Below are positions 47,501-57,231 of a DNA stretch of 64,000 nucleotides, in pieces. Source of the DNA: an uncultured virus (IMG/VR IMGVR_UViG_3300032278_000001) (taxonomy: Duplodnaviria; Heunggongvirae; Uroviricota; Caudoviricetes); IMG/VR virus record IMGVR_UViG_3300032278_000001. One strand, given 5' to 3'. The first letter of the stretch is position 1; every line of letters starts with the position of its first letter. The notes beneath the pieces were generated by a model, which saw only the letters and a program-made list of their open reading frames with translations, was not told where the DNA came from and did not search any database. Both the position numbers and the translations under genes were made by a program.

Positions 47501-48742
47501 TTCTGGAGAAATATAAGTTCTAAACTTGTCACTATCTTCATCATATCCCATATTTCCTCCAGGAGTTATTCCCTCGTCTCCCCATCCTGACTCAGAACCC
47601 TCAAACCACTCTGATGCCCATCTTCCCTCAGTAATTGCATTGTTTGGAGCATCATCAGGATTAGTTCCAAAAGGACGTAAATATCTTTGTGATCCTATTT
47701 GTTGTTGATATTCAGGTCTTACATTTCCATTTTCATCATATATTTTATTTATAAGACTTTGATTAAAACGAGCTCTATTCTCAGATTTTAATCTATCTTC
47801 ATCCCACACAAGAGGATGTTCCATGTTTGTATTTCCATATTCATTCTTAAACATATAAGGATTAAAGTTATAACCTGAAGTTTTAAAATCATCCCAAGTT
47901 CTTCCACTACCTTCCTCATTGTCTGGATTATAATACTCATAAGGATCAAAACCTTTTACAAACCAATCAGGATTATATGTTCCTGTTTTATCATAGTACT
48001 CCCCCCAGCTATCTGTTTCATCAACCCAATCTCTCGTTTTATATGTAAAATCTCCTGTAGGCATTGTGAAGTGTTCTTGAGGAATATATTTATATTGACT
48101 ATAATCAATTGGCTTAACCTCACTATTTATATCTTGAAACTTTGGTAATGAACCTCCATACTTTGCTTCTCCAGGTTGTTGTATCTGATCAGAATTTTCT
48201 GGAGGATAAGGAACAAAACCTTCTTGGTTATATTCTCCTTGAGGTGTCATAGTTGGATTTTTCCATGTTCCATCAACTGCAAAACTGGCTGCATGTGATT
48301 CATTCTCAAAAGGACCATATACTTCATTACGTTTTAAAGCATATTGATAATTCTCCCACCAACCATCTCTTTCATTTATTTCTTCAAAATTTTTCCATTC
48401 TCCATTTTCATCTTGAAATATTTTTGGAAAAGCAATCCATGTGCCATCTTGAAGTCTTTCATGTTGCATTAAGTGGGTACTATCAGGAAGACCAATAGAT
48501 CCTGCTCTACCTTCTCTACCTTTTACAGTTAATGCTGGATGTTCTGTTACAATAGAATTTGGTTCAAATTGATGATGACCTGAATAAGGAGGTAAGTATC
48601 TATTATTAGCCATTAAAGGAATTCCTGTATTGGTCATATCTATTATACCATTATCTCCTGTCCTTATATCTAGACTGTCTTCATTTCTAAGGGGAGAGTT
48701 ATCACTATAACCCATCATTGATATGAATTCTTCTCTAGTCAT
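44552..48742 (-). CDS. Virion-associated muralytic multidomain protein: zincin, peptidoglycan-binding, lytic transglycosylase (SLT), LysM
   Basis: AHELGH; VGEVQEWLLEQGY...DNGWGDQT; IESDG...GALGLVQAMP...AYNWG...ETVDY; YNINDEETLLGIAKEYNTT...LYKGQVINIP. Confidence 0.85.
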   Translation of the reverse strand: MTREEFISMMGYSDNSPLRNEDSLDIRTGDNGIIDMTNTGIPLMANNRYLPPYSGHHQFEPNSIVTEHPALTVKGREGRAGSIGLPDSTHLMQHERLQDGTWIAFPKIFQDENGEWKNFEEINERDGWWENYQYALKRNEVYGPFENESHAASFAVDGTWKNPTMTPQGEYNQEGFVPYPPENSDQIQQPGEAKYGGSLPKFQDINSEVKPIDYSQYKYIPQEHFTMPTGDFTYKTRDWVDETDSWGEYYDKTGTYNPDWFVKGFDPYEYYNPDNEEGSGRTWDDFKTSGYNFNPYMFKNEYGNTNMEHPLVWDEDRLKSENRARFNQSLINKIYDENGNVRPEYQQQIGSQRYLRPFGTNPDDAPNNAITEGRWASEWFEGSESGWGDEGITPGGNMGYDEDSDKFRTYISPEEGEKYGSFKNLTEKELKKLYKTYKNSPGFGKMSKREFIERYKSGDVFHPQIKSVEQENYFKQIFESKVNPFKKEDFQLQKDFFTEGINSDLYREKLINAGYENADDIIAKREEHLASASFNYDDTADHYNTEDVTFKGGPGSSMAKDRDDPAYPVHTNRIFRIQDKISLLSDLYKKEGMDFSMDTAFNPSNLYTPFGDETAPSGSFYSGDEDDALFWSEYGRGFPAGKYLGDNILFGESGSRAYTGQHGDHSGDIMLSPRQSQQLNIDLGGDGSTEQLKSSLDDTSAHELGHMMGSTGAKSAQDFALNETDINTIYELMDASGIDRSTLNDHDASPYERKSDLDALRWKMYNAIGYDYRTTPMTNEILQQYKQYLNENPHPSLTDDRNFKFFNDESLVDFNNRVADVNTGMPEGMSRYGKELPRFQKKGEFDWEIATERSIYPDGEWNWYNPADSWRYLTNENETVPIPPPPPEDPESAKNKSYIPLSWDEYKIEKPLATIEQFRKYIRNPKYKDWRMNIFSPYTNRTKKGWANKEYYRGLDEKGVGEVQEWLLEQGYDIKKDNGWGDQTYNALNNYLLDNKLLNKEITTNSLLTDDLLINQQYIESDGKPKAGSNKGALGLVQAMPDAWNDAIRKGILPENADRTNIHHSLLFQRYYMNSLMNAEFVTDATSDNEKLARALSAYNWGRGNTPTFFKNINYVATNETIKDKEGNVIESGFRNKLDENGNPILVPEAERRDPFDMDSWMTILDSSKDDTRWTIPQETVDYINLIMFPEQYIKDHGKKKYESRIKSTKKFEDYKKKAKKFYSYKEGGSVNRTKQLIRTYKLGGELSGLATKHLEEIGIIPEYKEGGTTYNINDEETLLGIAKEYNTTEKDINKYNNLIDTEPLYKGQVINIPEPIAKTPLEIKKEAHKLGDYGIFKNMPLDTQIKLYSSYVNGDYMMFSEKLGKKLYDKLNRVYYDKARVLNMSVLDYMKSILS

Positions 48743-51700
48743 TATCTTTGTGATACATTAATTTTAGTGTTATTTAATCTTAATAACATTTTTCTATCTC
48801 CTGATACAGTTCTTCTAAGAATAACATTATTATAGTAATGTCTAAATTTCTTTCTTTGAAGAGCTGGTTTATTATAATTTAAGTTTGCTGCATTTAAATC
48901 TCTTATATATCCATTTAATCTAGTTATATATATTGGTTGCTCAACACCTGTAAATTCACCTCTATCATTTGTAATATCCCAGAATTGATTAAATCTATAC
49001 TTTTGTTCTTCTTTACTATATAGTATTCTAATATCGTTTACTCCTATGATTGGATATGTAAGAATTAAAGGAACATTATTTTTAGGAGATAAATCTAACA
49101 TAAGTAATCCTGAAACTTGTTCTGTATTTCGTATTATTGCTTCATCAAAATTAAAATCTAAATCATGCCATCTATCTCTACCAATATTTGGTTGTATATT
49201 ATTTTTATATACATATGATTCTAAATAATACTCAACACTTCTTACAGTATTAACAATTTGTCCTGTTGATTCAAGAAGATCTATTTCCCATGGATAATCT
49301 ACCCCATAATAATTTGCATATAAATCTGTTCTATAATTATGTTTCCATATACCACCTACAATATAATTTGCAGGTACACAATCATCATATTCCCATTCAC
49401 ATGTTACAGGATCAGGATCTACCCAACCAGCTGTTCCCGCATTTATCCAAGCAGTGGTAGGGAAAGCAGGACAAGTTCCTGTCTGAGTAAGTGTAGCAGC
49501 TGGATTTGGTGGATTAATACAATCACAGGTAACTTTCTTACACATTGGTATATTGGTTGATGAACATGTTTGTCCTGGTAGCATATTATAAGTAGGAAGA
49601 CATTCACATTTTACACATCTTGGTGGTGGTGCAGGATCTGGTAAACAAGGATTAGGTTGAGGAGTATCCTCTACCCATCCACCAGCAGTATCACACTCAC
49701 ATTCTATTAAACTATCAATAATCTCAACAGCAACATCATCAAAAGTGGCTGGTGTTACAGCATATTGTTCATTAGGTGGATTCTCTACTAAGCAATCAGA
49801 GTTAGCTGCCCAACCTGGTGCAGGTGCTACACTACTTGAGAATACAGCTTTTGATTCAATACCAGCTCCCCAGAAATTAGAATTCATCCAAGCATTATTA
49901 TATGTATCATCTAATGCTCCACCACAACAACCATCATCTGAACAACTATCACATGCACTATCTGTAATAAATATTACCATTTTTCTAGTAGCACTACCAC
50001 CAGCTATTTGTGCCATACTCTGAGCAACAGCAATATCATATGATGTACAATTAGTATTTGGTGGTCCTGCTGCAGTTGTACAATTAGTATTTGTCCAATT
50101 TATAGCAGTACAAGGATTACCTGTTAATGCACCTGAAGTTGTATTATTTAATTGACCAGCAGAACTCCATGTATTAACACCTACATTAATTGTTCCTGCA
50201 CCTGCAGGTTGGCCTCCTATTGGACAAGGAGCACCAGTAAGATCAGTATCCATACCTGGTGATAATAATTCTATCATTCTCTCAACAAATTGTCCTTGAA
50301 TTTCAAACAAGCAAGGAGCACAACCGGGAGGATTAGTACTTCCTGACATATCAATAGAGAATACAATATCTAATGTTCTAGCAAAATTATTAACTGTTGC
50401 ATCTTCTGTATCAGCTATTGCTGGTAAATTTGAAATGTCTAAGAAACCTAAATTTGTTTGTTGTATGTTTAGACAACATTCTGTTCCATTCCATGCGTAT
50501 TGTGGTGGACATCCTGGAACAGTTGTTGTTCCTGTATTTGTAGTCATAAAGTGATTTATACTATGCATAGCAAGTTCAGGATGCCAATCATGGAATGAAA
50601 TCCATGCGTTTGCTTTAGCATCAAAACTTACTGTCCATGATACATCTTCAAAAAATGCTTCATCATCTAAAAAAACTTGATAATCTTCACCTGTTTCATC
50701 TCTATAGAAGAAACCAAGACAAGGATAATAATCAACATTAGCTAACCATTGTTCTTTAAGTACATAATCTCTCTTGGAAAAATATACAATATCATTATTT
50801 GGGTCATATATTGTTTGACAACCTGCTGCCATTAATGGATTGTCTACTGCATCTGGACAATCTTCAATAGCTGGAAATTGTGCAAGTAATTGAGATGGTA
50901 AATATTTGTTAAACCACCACTTCATTCCTTGATTTGCAATATTAACTAACCCTTTACTGGTGTATTGAAATATTTTACCTTGTGCTTGTGATATATAAAA
51001 TACACCTGCTGGAGTACTAACAGCACTTCTAGCACTTTCACAAGATCCATATTCATGTGAAATATCTGAATTAACAACATTCATAGGAGGTTTGCTAAAT
51101 AATCCTCCATCACCTATTGTATATTTAGTTTTTGATTGAGTTTGTAAAACATCAACACCCATAAATTTCTTAGGAGAAACGTATGGAAATAATATTAATG
51201 CACCTATTTCAGATATAGGTAATATTGTATTTACTTTTGATTTAAAATCTACATAATTTTTAGGAAGGAATACTCTCCAGAAATCTTTCTTAGCTTCTTG
51301 AGTTGATTGTAATGAATATATTAATCTTTTAGGATATGTAGTCCAACAAGTTTCAGCTATTAAAGGATCATAATAATTAGGCTGAATCTCTCCAAAAGAA
51401 GCAGAAATACTTAATTGAAAATATTTTTTACTTAATGCCTTATCATATTTATAGAAGTTACCATCATTAATAATCTCAGCATCAAATAAATCATCTACAT
51501 CTGTATATTCAAATTTGTCATAAAATCTTTTATTCTTAGTCTCTTCCCAATCTCTAAATGCAAGGTTTATTTCTGACTCAACAAAGAAATCATTTATACC
51601 ACTATTGTGTGTATACATATACCCATCTTGTACTGTGAAAAGACCACCAGGATTACTAAGTGCTGCTGATCCTGGAACTATAGCTATAGACCCACCAACA

Positions 51701-54700
51701 CAAGATGCTGGATCTCTATCAAGATGATACATATCATTAGGTAATGCATTAGCAAATAGAAAAGTAAGACTAGCTATTGGTTTTATTAATTCATCCATTC
51801 TATATTGTGCAGTATTCATCCAATATCTAGGAAATGGTACATTTGCATATAATCTATAGTCATAAGCAGTTCCATCATCTTCACCATGTTGGAAATTCCA
51901 ATAGAAAGGCATTATAACTTTCTCAGTATATCTATTAACATAATTATCTCCAACAAATAGAGGTCCAGTTATAAATCTATCAGTTGTAATAATTGGTACT
52001 AAATCTCCATTAGCATCTATTGCTTGTTGAGGTTCAAATAAAAATCTACAACCTCTTGCAGGAAATTGTTTTATGTTTTGTAATTGACCATATTGATTAT
52101 CATTATCAACCTTAAGTCCAATATAATTAGCTGATATAGGAGTTAATACTTCTCCACTTGGATTATACCAATTTACTGTATCTCCATTTGCAGATGTCAT
52201 CCCGTTACCTATTACAAATTTAGAAGTATCACCAGTTAATGGATTTGGTAAAGGAATAGTTGTTTCTAATGCAACTGTTCTTGGTCTCTTAAAATTATTT
52301 ATTTTTACAGATGCATTAAGATTTTGAACTGTATTTTTAATGTACCTTCCATTATTAACACCTGTTCTAAACTGTGTAGCGTTATTTATAGGTGTAGCAT
52401 TAAGATATAAACCGTGTGCATTATATTTCCAGGCATAATCTTGCCATGAGAACATATGATAAAAAGCATCAATCATTTCTTGTCCACCCTGAGCCATATA
52501 ATTTAAGAATGCCATAATACCTGGTATTGATCCCATTCCTGATGGTACACTCATAAATTTAGATCCTTCATAATTGTATGTTCCTCCAGGACCAATAAAA
52601 CCAGTTGTACCTGCTCCTGCTACTGCTACGTTTTCTGCTGTTGCTGCAATATACCATGCTGGTGTAGTAAATTGAGATGATATTCTTGTACCACCAGCTA
52701 GTGCAGTGAGATCATCTGCTGTATTCTTAACTCCTATACTAGTATCCATTAGCTCTGCGGCTATTCCATATCCTGCAGCTGAAGCAGCAGCACCTGGTAC
52801 AGCAACACCTGTAAGAGCAGGTGCAGCCCCAGTATTTAAAAGATTAATATTAATTGGTGTTTCTGTTGCTGCACCTACACCATAAGGAGCTGTATACGCC
52901 CAAGTTGTACTAGTAGGATGATAATCTGGAGCTTTACCTATAGATAATGCAGATCCTGTACTAAAGGTTTCATTTCTTTTTCCCCTCGTTTCCATAAAGG
53001 CATATCCCATACCAACTATTGCACCAATTACTGCTGTTACATTACGTAAAAGTTTATGTTGAGGATGTTTCTCTGATGGTTTAAAATGTCCTGACTGAGT
53101 ACCTGCTAATGATGTATATATTTTTGCTTCAGATGCATTTAGGTATATTTTGTCAAAAGATGTTTCAGGTGAATGAAATGAAAATAAATCACAAGATGTA
53201 TTTGCTACACCGTTTACACCTCTATAACTATTCCATCCTGGAGAACCACCACTAGCTAATGTAGGAGGACATCCATCTAACCAGTTGTTTGGTCCAAAAC
53301 CACCTCCAGATCCTTGACCTGCAGGCATAATATAAGGATCCATACCTAAATCATTAAATGGATAATTTGGCATAAAAGCTCTTGAACCACCTGTACCTTC
53401 AACCCCATTACCATCTACAGGGTTATATTCCATCATATTTCTTATAATACCTTTTGCTATAATACTTTTATTACCTTCTCTTCCTCCTGTAAGGACTTCA
53501 TATCCTACTATATTTTGTATAACAGCACCACTATTATCAATTGGTGGAGCAATATTGTTAAACTGAACACCAAGTAAATATATTATATCTCCTCCTTGAT
53601 TTAATGCACATGTTGCATGTGTTGTCTCATCAGGCATCTTATGGTGTCTAATAGGCATTCCACATAAACCACCCCATCTTGATGTATTCATAGGATATTG
53701 TTCTGTAGATTGCCAATAACCCATTGAACCTCTAGTTACAATTGTACCTCCATCATCTGTTGGTATACTTAATCCAGCAGCATTAACTCCTGCAGTATTA
53801 AAAACTTTAAAAACAGGATCAACTCCTGTTATATTATTTGGTCCTGCAGCTATAATTGGTGTTATTCCATCTACTGGATTAACCTCAGCTGCACTTCCTG
53901 GTCTACCTGGTATATGATATGATGATGATCTTTCTCCTGTATTGTATATAAATCTAATAAAGAAAGCATATTGTTCATCTCTTAGGAATGTTGGTTTACT
54001 TCCTCCGTTAGTATAATAGTCTGCTGAATATGCTGCTGATACCCATTCTGTAACAATATTATTTGCTAAAGGTTGATAATTAAAATCAAATTGTTCTGTT
54101 GGCTGTGATCTGATTAAATACTCATTAACTACAAACATTCCATTTGACTTTTCATATGCAGGAGTTTGCAATGGAAGATATTCAATAGGAAAATCTTTAA
54201 GAGAAGAATTTATAGAATCAATATTTATACTTGTTTGTTCTGTACTGTATAGACCTAATTCTTTTGAAATTATTGAACCTTCAAATCTATATACAACAAC
54301 TAATCTATAAAAGTCAAATTCATTTCTATCTAATCCAGTAAGTGTTATATCTAATGAACATTGTGTATTTTCGTGTGTCCATAATGGTTGGATATTAGAT
54401 ATACCAATATAATCACCAATAGTTTGTTCATTAAGTGTATATGCTAAAAATACTTGATAACTACCATTCCTTAAAGATCCTCCTTCAGGTGCTTTAGATA
54501 ATGTTATACATGGTGTATCAACTAATGGTGCTAATCTAATTTTTTCACAATCTAATCTTAAAGGAGTATCATCACAATATACTACACAAGGATCATTTGG
54601 AAGAGAGCATATGGATTGTTGATATGGTATATCTTGTAAGTTAAGGGTTCTGGAAGGATTTAACATATCATCCCAATATACTTGCCAAGTACAATCAAAG

Positions 54701-55107
54701 TTTTCTTTAGAAGCACCAATAATAAGATTTCTTCTATTGAAGTTCAAACATCTATCATTCACTAATGTTTGATATTCACATTGACTATCGTCAAAAGTTC
54801 CTATCTCTGATTCAGTATCATTAGATAAAAATAAAACCCATTTGTCAGCATAAAGATGTATTGTTCCTATAACAGGATATGGTACCTCTGCACAACTTAA
54901 ATTTGCAGGTTCATTACCAACAACTCCTGTATCACCATCAATTGAGTTATTGATAGCATTAATTGCATGTGACCAGTTTTTATTACCAAGATAAGCAGCA
55001 TCTGTATCCTTAATCATCCCTTTAGGGGTTAGATTAGTACTTATATTAGATGTAGTCTGTCCCTTAGCTGCTGAGGATTTACTTTTCTTATTACTTTTTT
55101 TAGCCAT
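48742..55107 (-). CDS. Tail stabilisation / muzzle-like protein with vWA and Cys-rich insertion
   Basis: Beta-propeller-like N-terminus (KGMIKD, AINA, GNE), WTVSFD...WISFHDW and IWKHN motifs; follows tail ring genes as in crAss-like genomes; DMSGS MIDAS motif. Confidence 0.75.
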   Translation of the reverse strand: MAKKSNKKSKSSAAKGQTTSNISTNLTPKGMIKDTDAAYLGNKNWSHAINAINNSIDGDTGVVGNEPANLSCAEVPYPVIGTIHLYADKWVLFLSNDTESEIGTFDDSQCEYQTLVNDRCLNFNRRNLIIGASKENFDCTWQVYWDDMLNPSRTLNLQDIPYQQSICSLPNDPCVVYCDDTPLRLDCEKIRLAPLVDTPCITLSKAPEGGSLRNGSYQVFLAYTLNEQTIGDYIGISNIQPLWTHENTQCSLDITLTGLDRNEFDFYRLVVVYRFEGSIISKELGLYSTEQTSINIDSINSSLKDFPIEYLPLQTPAYEKSNGMFVVNEYLIRSQPTEQFDFNYQPLANNIVTEWVSAAYSADYYTNGGSKPTFLRDEQYAFFIRFIYNTGERSSSYHIPGRPGSAAEVNPVDGITPIIAAGPNNITGVDPVFKVFNTAGVNAAGLSIPTDDGGTIVTRGSMGYWQSTEQYPMNTSRWGGLCGMPIRHHKMPDETTHATCALNQGGDIIYLLGVQFNNIAPPIDNSGAVIQNIVGYEVLTGGREGNKSIIAKGIIRNMMEYNPVDGNGVEGTGGSRAFMPNYPFNDLGMDPYIMPAGQGSGGGFGPNNWLDGCPPTLASGGSPGWNSYRGVNGVANTSCDLFSFHSPETSFDKIYLNASEAKIYTSLAGTQSGHFKPSEKHPQHKLLRNVTAVIGAIVGMGYAFMETRGKRNETFSTGSALSIGKAPDYHPTSTTWAYTAPYGVGAATETPININLLNTGAAPALTGVAVPGAAASAAGYGIAAELMDTSIGVKNTADDLTALAGGTRISSQFTTPAWYIAATAENVAVAGAGTTGFIGPGGTYNYEGSKFMSVPSGMGSIPGIMAFLNYMAQGGQEMIDAFYHMFSWQDYAWKYNAHGLYLNATPINNATQFRTGVNNGRYIKNTVQNLNASVKINNFKRPRTVALETTIPLPNPLTGDTSKFVIGNGMTSANGDTVNWYNPSGEVLTPISANYIGLKVDNDNQYGQLQNIKQFPARGCRFLFEPQQAIDANGDLVPIITTDRFITGPLFVGDNYVNRYTEKVIMPFYWNFQHGEDDGTAYDYRLYANVPFPRYWMNTAQYRMDELIKPIASLTFLFANALPNDMYHLDRDPASCVGGSIAIVPGSAALSNPGGLFTVQDGYMYTHNSGINDFFVESEINLAFRDWEETKNKRFYDKFEYTDVDDLFDAEIINDGNFYKYDKALSKKYFQLSISASFGEIQPNYYDPLIAETCWTTYPKRLIYSLQSTQEAKKDFWRVFLPKNYVDFKSKVNTILPISEIGALILFPYVSPKKFMGVDVLQTQSKTKYTIGDGGLFSKPPMNVVNSDISHEYGSCESARSAVSTPAGVFYISQAQGKIFQYTSKGLVNIANQGMKWWFNKYLPSQLLAQFPAIEDCPDAVDNPLMAAGCQTIYDPNNDIVYFSKRDYVLKEQWLANVDYYPCLGFFYRDETGEDYQVFLDDEAFFEDVSWTVSFDAKANAWISFHDWHPELAMHSINHFMTTNTGTTTVPGCPPQYAWNGTECCLNIQQTNLGFLDISNLPAIADTEDATVNNFARTLDIVFSIDMSGSTNPPGCAPCLFEIQGQFVERMIELLSPGMDTDLTGAPCPIGGQPAGAGTINVGVNTWSSAGQLNNTTSGALTGNPCTAINWTNTNCTTAAGPPNTNCTSYDIAVAQSMAQIAGGSATRKMVIFITDSACDSCSDDGCCGGALDDTYNNAWMNSNFWGAGIESKAVFSSSVAPAPGWAANSDCLVENPPNEQYAVTPATFDDVAVEIIDSLIECECDTAGGWVEDTPQPNPCLPDPAPPPRCVKCECLPTYNMLPGQTCSSTNIPMCKKVTCDCINPPNPAATLTQTGTCPAFPTTAWINAGTAGWVDPDPVTCEWEYDDCVPANYIVGGIWKHNYRTDLYANYYGVDYPWEIDLLESTGQIVNTVRSVEYYLESYVYKNNIQPNIGRDRWHDLDFNFDEAIIRNTEQVSGLLMLDLSPKNNVPLILTYPIIGVNDIRILYSKEEQKYRFNQFWDITNDRGEFTGVEQPIYITRLNGYIRDLNAANLNYNKPALQRKKFRHYYNNVILRRTVSGDRKMLLRLNNTKINVSQR

Positions 55108-55113
55108 TACAGG

Positions 55114-55992
55114 TTATCCGTTTGTGGGTGTACTTTTGAACATGTTATAATAGTTATCATATTGAGCTCTTCTATTAACAGTCCATATTTTTCTCATTTC
55201 AGCAAAATCAGGAGTATTAACAAAACCTAATGCATTATTTCTTGCAGCTCTTAATTTTTGTTCCATAAATTGAAGTTGATTAATTACCTGTTCTCCTGCC
55301 ATAACCATATTTTCTAATATTCTTTGTTTTAATGCATATTCATAATATTCATTACAATAAGGATGATCAAGAACAATTAAGTTCCCACCTTCATCTTCCA
55401 TAGATCCTTGATAACTTATATAAATTTTACCTGATGTAAAATTAGTTAATATAAAACCATCTTTGATTTCTGCTGTATCAACAGATTGCATTCTAATATT
55501 AGGACAATCACATTCAATACCAACACCATCTTTAATACGCAGAGGCATCATATATTCATATTCCCTAAAAGAAGCAGCTCCTATTTTCTGTATAACCATA
55601 AATGGTGATTTTGGACAACTTTGTACAACACATACATCATTACATTCAGGATCTTCACATGGACCAGTATTTCCTGGTTCAGGAATATATTTAGGTTGTG
55701 TTGTATCAATGTGTGTTCCACTAGGTAATGTAGAATTTACAAAGTATGTTCCACATACAGCTCCAAAGTTTAATACATTAAAATCTGTAGGTAATTTACC
55801 TTTACTGTTTTCAATATCTATAATAGCATGTTTAGTTCTTTGGATTCTAAGACCTAAATCATAATTTACTTTAACTGCAACTTTAATAAGTTGTTGAGGT
55901 TCAATCATTCCTTCTAAAGCATATGTTCTGAAATCCACAGTAACATCTTCTAGTAGTTGATCAAACGTTCTATATTTATGTGATACGCTCAT
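55114..55992 (-). CDS. Putative tail ring/tubular protein
   Basis: GKLPTDF, DGFILTNFTSGKIYISY pattern; position upstream of the stabilisation gene. Confidence 0.65.
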   Translation of the reverse strand: MSVSHKYRTFDQLLEDVTVDFRTYALEGMIEPQQLIKVAVKVNYDLGLRIQRTKHAIIDIENSKGKLPTDFNVLNFGAVCGTYFVNSTLPSGTHIDTTQPKYIPEPGNTGPCEDPECNDVCVVQSCPKSPFMVIQKIGAASFREYEYMMPLRIKDGVGIECDCPNIRMQSVDTAEIKDGFILTNFTSGKIYISYQGSMEDEGGNLIVLDHPYCNEYYEYALKQRILENMVMAGEQVINQLQFMEQKLRAARNNALGFVNTPDFAEMRKIWTVNRRAQYDNYYNMFKSTPTNG

Positions 55993-56660
55993 TATCTATT
56001 TATATTTTGTTTATTATCAGCATCCTCTGCTGGAATTTTCAATGTATTCATTAATACATTCATTATCTGTTGTTCAATTTCAGCAAATAAGAATTCAGGA
56101 ATATATATATTTTGTAAATATCTAGGGATACAATCATCATCTTTACATGTCCATGTAGAAATGTCTTCTTCAAATATTCCTTCTAATTTTATAGCATCCC
56201 ATTCAACATTAGGTAAATATATATGACCATCAATAAACCAATAATACTTATTATTATTATATTTAAATGTTGTTGTTTTTGTCATTGATACATATGAACC
56301 GGGTGAAGTTGGTTGTACCTCCACATGTCCATCAATAGAACTTACAGTACGAATTAATGGTCCCCAATAACCTTCCATAAATGTTGGTAACTTATTAATG
56401 CTTTTTTTAATAGTACATCCACTCTTAATACCAACACAATTTGCCTCAATTAGATCTACTTCTTCTAATTCAACAAAGTTCAACGCTTGCCATACACTAT
56501 TAAATTTCATTAGTTTATTAGAATGATCTTGTCTTCTCATATATAATTGTGCATATTTGAGAATGAGACTATAAATATATCTATCAGTCATGAAAGAATC
56601 TTGAACTTCTGCTTTAAGTTGACCTCTTAGTCTTGATACTGTTTCTCCTATAGTTGTCAT
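55992..56660 (-). CDS. Putative tail ring/adaptor protein
   Basis: YYWFIDGHIY...IKLEGIFE pattern; tail-module synteny. Confidence 0.6.
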   Translation of the reverse strand: MTTIGETVSRLRGQLKAEVQDSFMTDRYIYSLILKYAQLYMRRQDHSNKLMKFNSVWQALNFVELEEVDLIEANCVGIKSGCTIKKSINKLPTFMEGYWGPLIRTVSSIDGHVEVQPTSPGSYVSMTKTTTFKYNNNKYYWFIDGHIYLPNVEWDAIKLEGIFEEDISTWTCKDDDCIPRYLQNIYIPEFLFAEIEQQIMNVLMNTLKIPAEDADNKQNINR

Positions 56661-56661
56661 A

Positions 56662-57186
56662 TTACTTCTTTTTATTTTTATACATATCTGCTACTCTCAT
56701 CTTACCCTTCATTGTTACATACTTTTTCCAATTCTTAGGGTATATTTTTGCAACAGCTCTTTTGAATTGTCTTATTGCAATAAATTGCCATAACTCTCTA
56801 GTTTTAAACCGGTACTTAGGTGAATAGTTTGTATAAAAGATCTTACCAACATTACCATCAGTATCCCAATTTTTATTCTGGATTACCTTACCATATTTCT
56901 TAGATAAGGCATAATCCATATTAACTTTTTTTGTAGCAGGACAAGTCCCTATAAATAAATAACCTAAAGAATCAGGTAATTCTACCCCATTTCTATTGTT
57001 TATAACATTATCCCAAATTTTACCATTAAAAGATTTTATAACGTTCTTAAGTTTTGTATCATTAACACTTGAATATGAAGGATGTTTATCCTTAAATTTC
57101 ATTAGTGTATCACTATTTAATAAACTTAAAACCTTTTCTCTATGTCTAGGTTTATTTAAATCTGGTCCTTTAAAGTTATTAATCAT
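56662..57186 (-). CDS. IHF/HU-like protein
   Basis: Helix followed by GVELPDSLGYLFI; IHF-like genes precede tail genes in crAss-like phages. Confidence 0.55.
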   Translation of the reverse strand: MINNFKGPDLNKPRHREKVLSLLNSDTLMKFKDKHPSYSSVNDTKLKNVIKSFNGKIWDNVINNRNGVELPDSLGYLFIGTCPATKKVNMDYALSKKYGKVIQNKNWDTDGNVGKIFYTNYSPKYRFKTRELWQFIAIRQFKRAVAKIYPKNWKKYVTMKGKMRVADMYKNKKK

Positions 57187-57197
57187 ATTGCTTACAT

Positions 57198-57210
57198 TAT
57201 AATTTACAAA
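57198..57210 (-). promoter_or_regulatory. Putative late promoter motif variant TTTGTAAATTATA
   Basis: Matches TT[AT]GTA[TA]ATTAT; upstream of the tail operon. Confidence 0.45.
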
Positions 57211-57231
57211 AAATTAGGCAGTTATAAAAGT

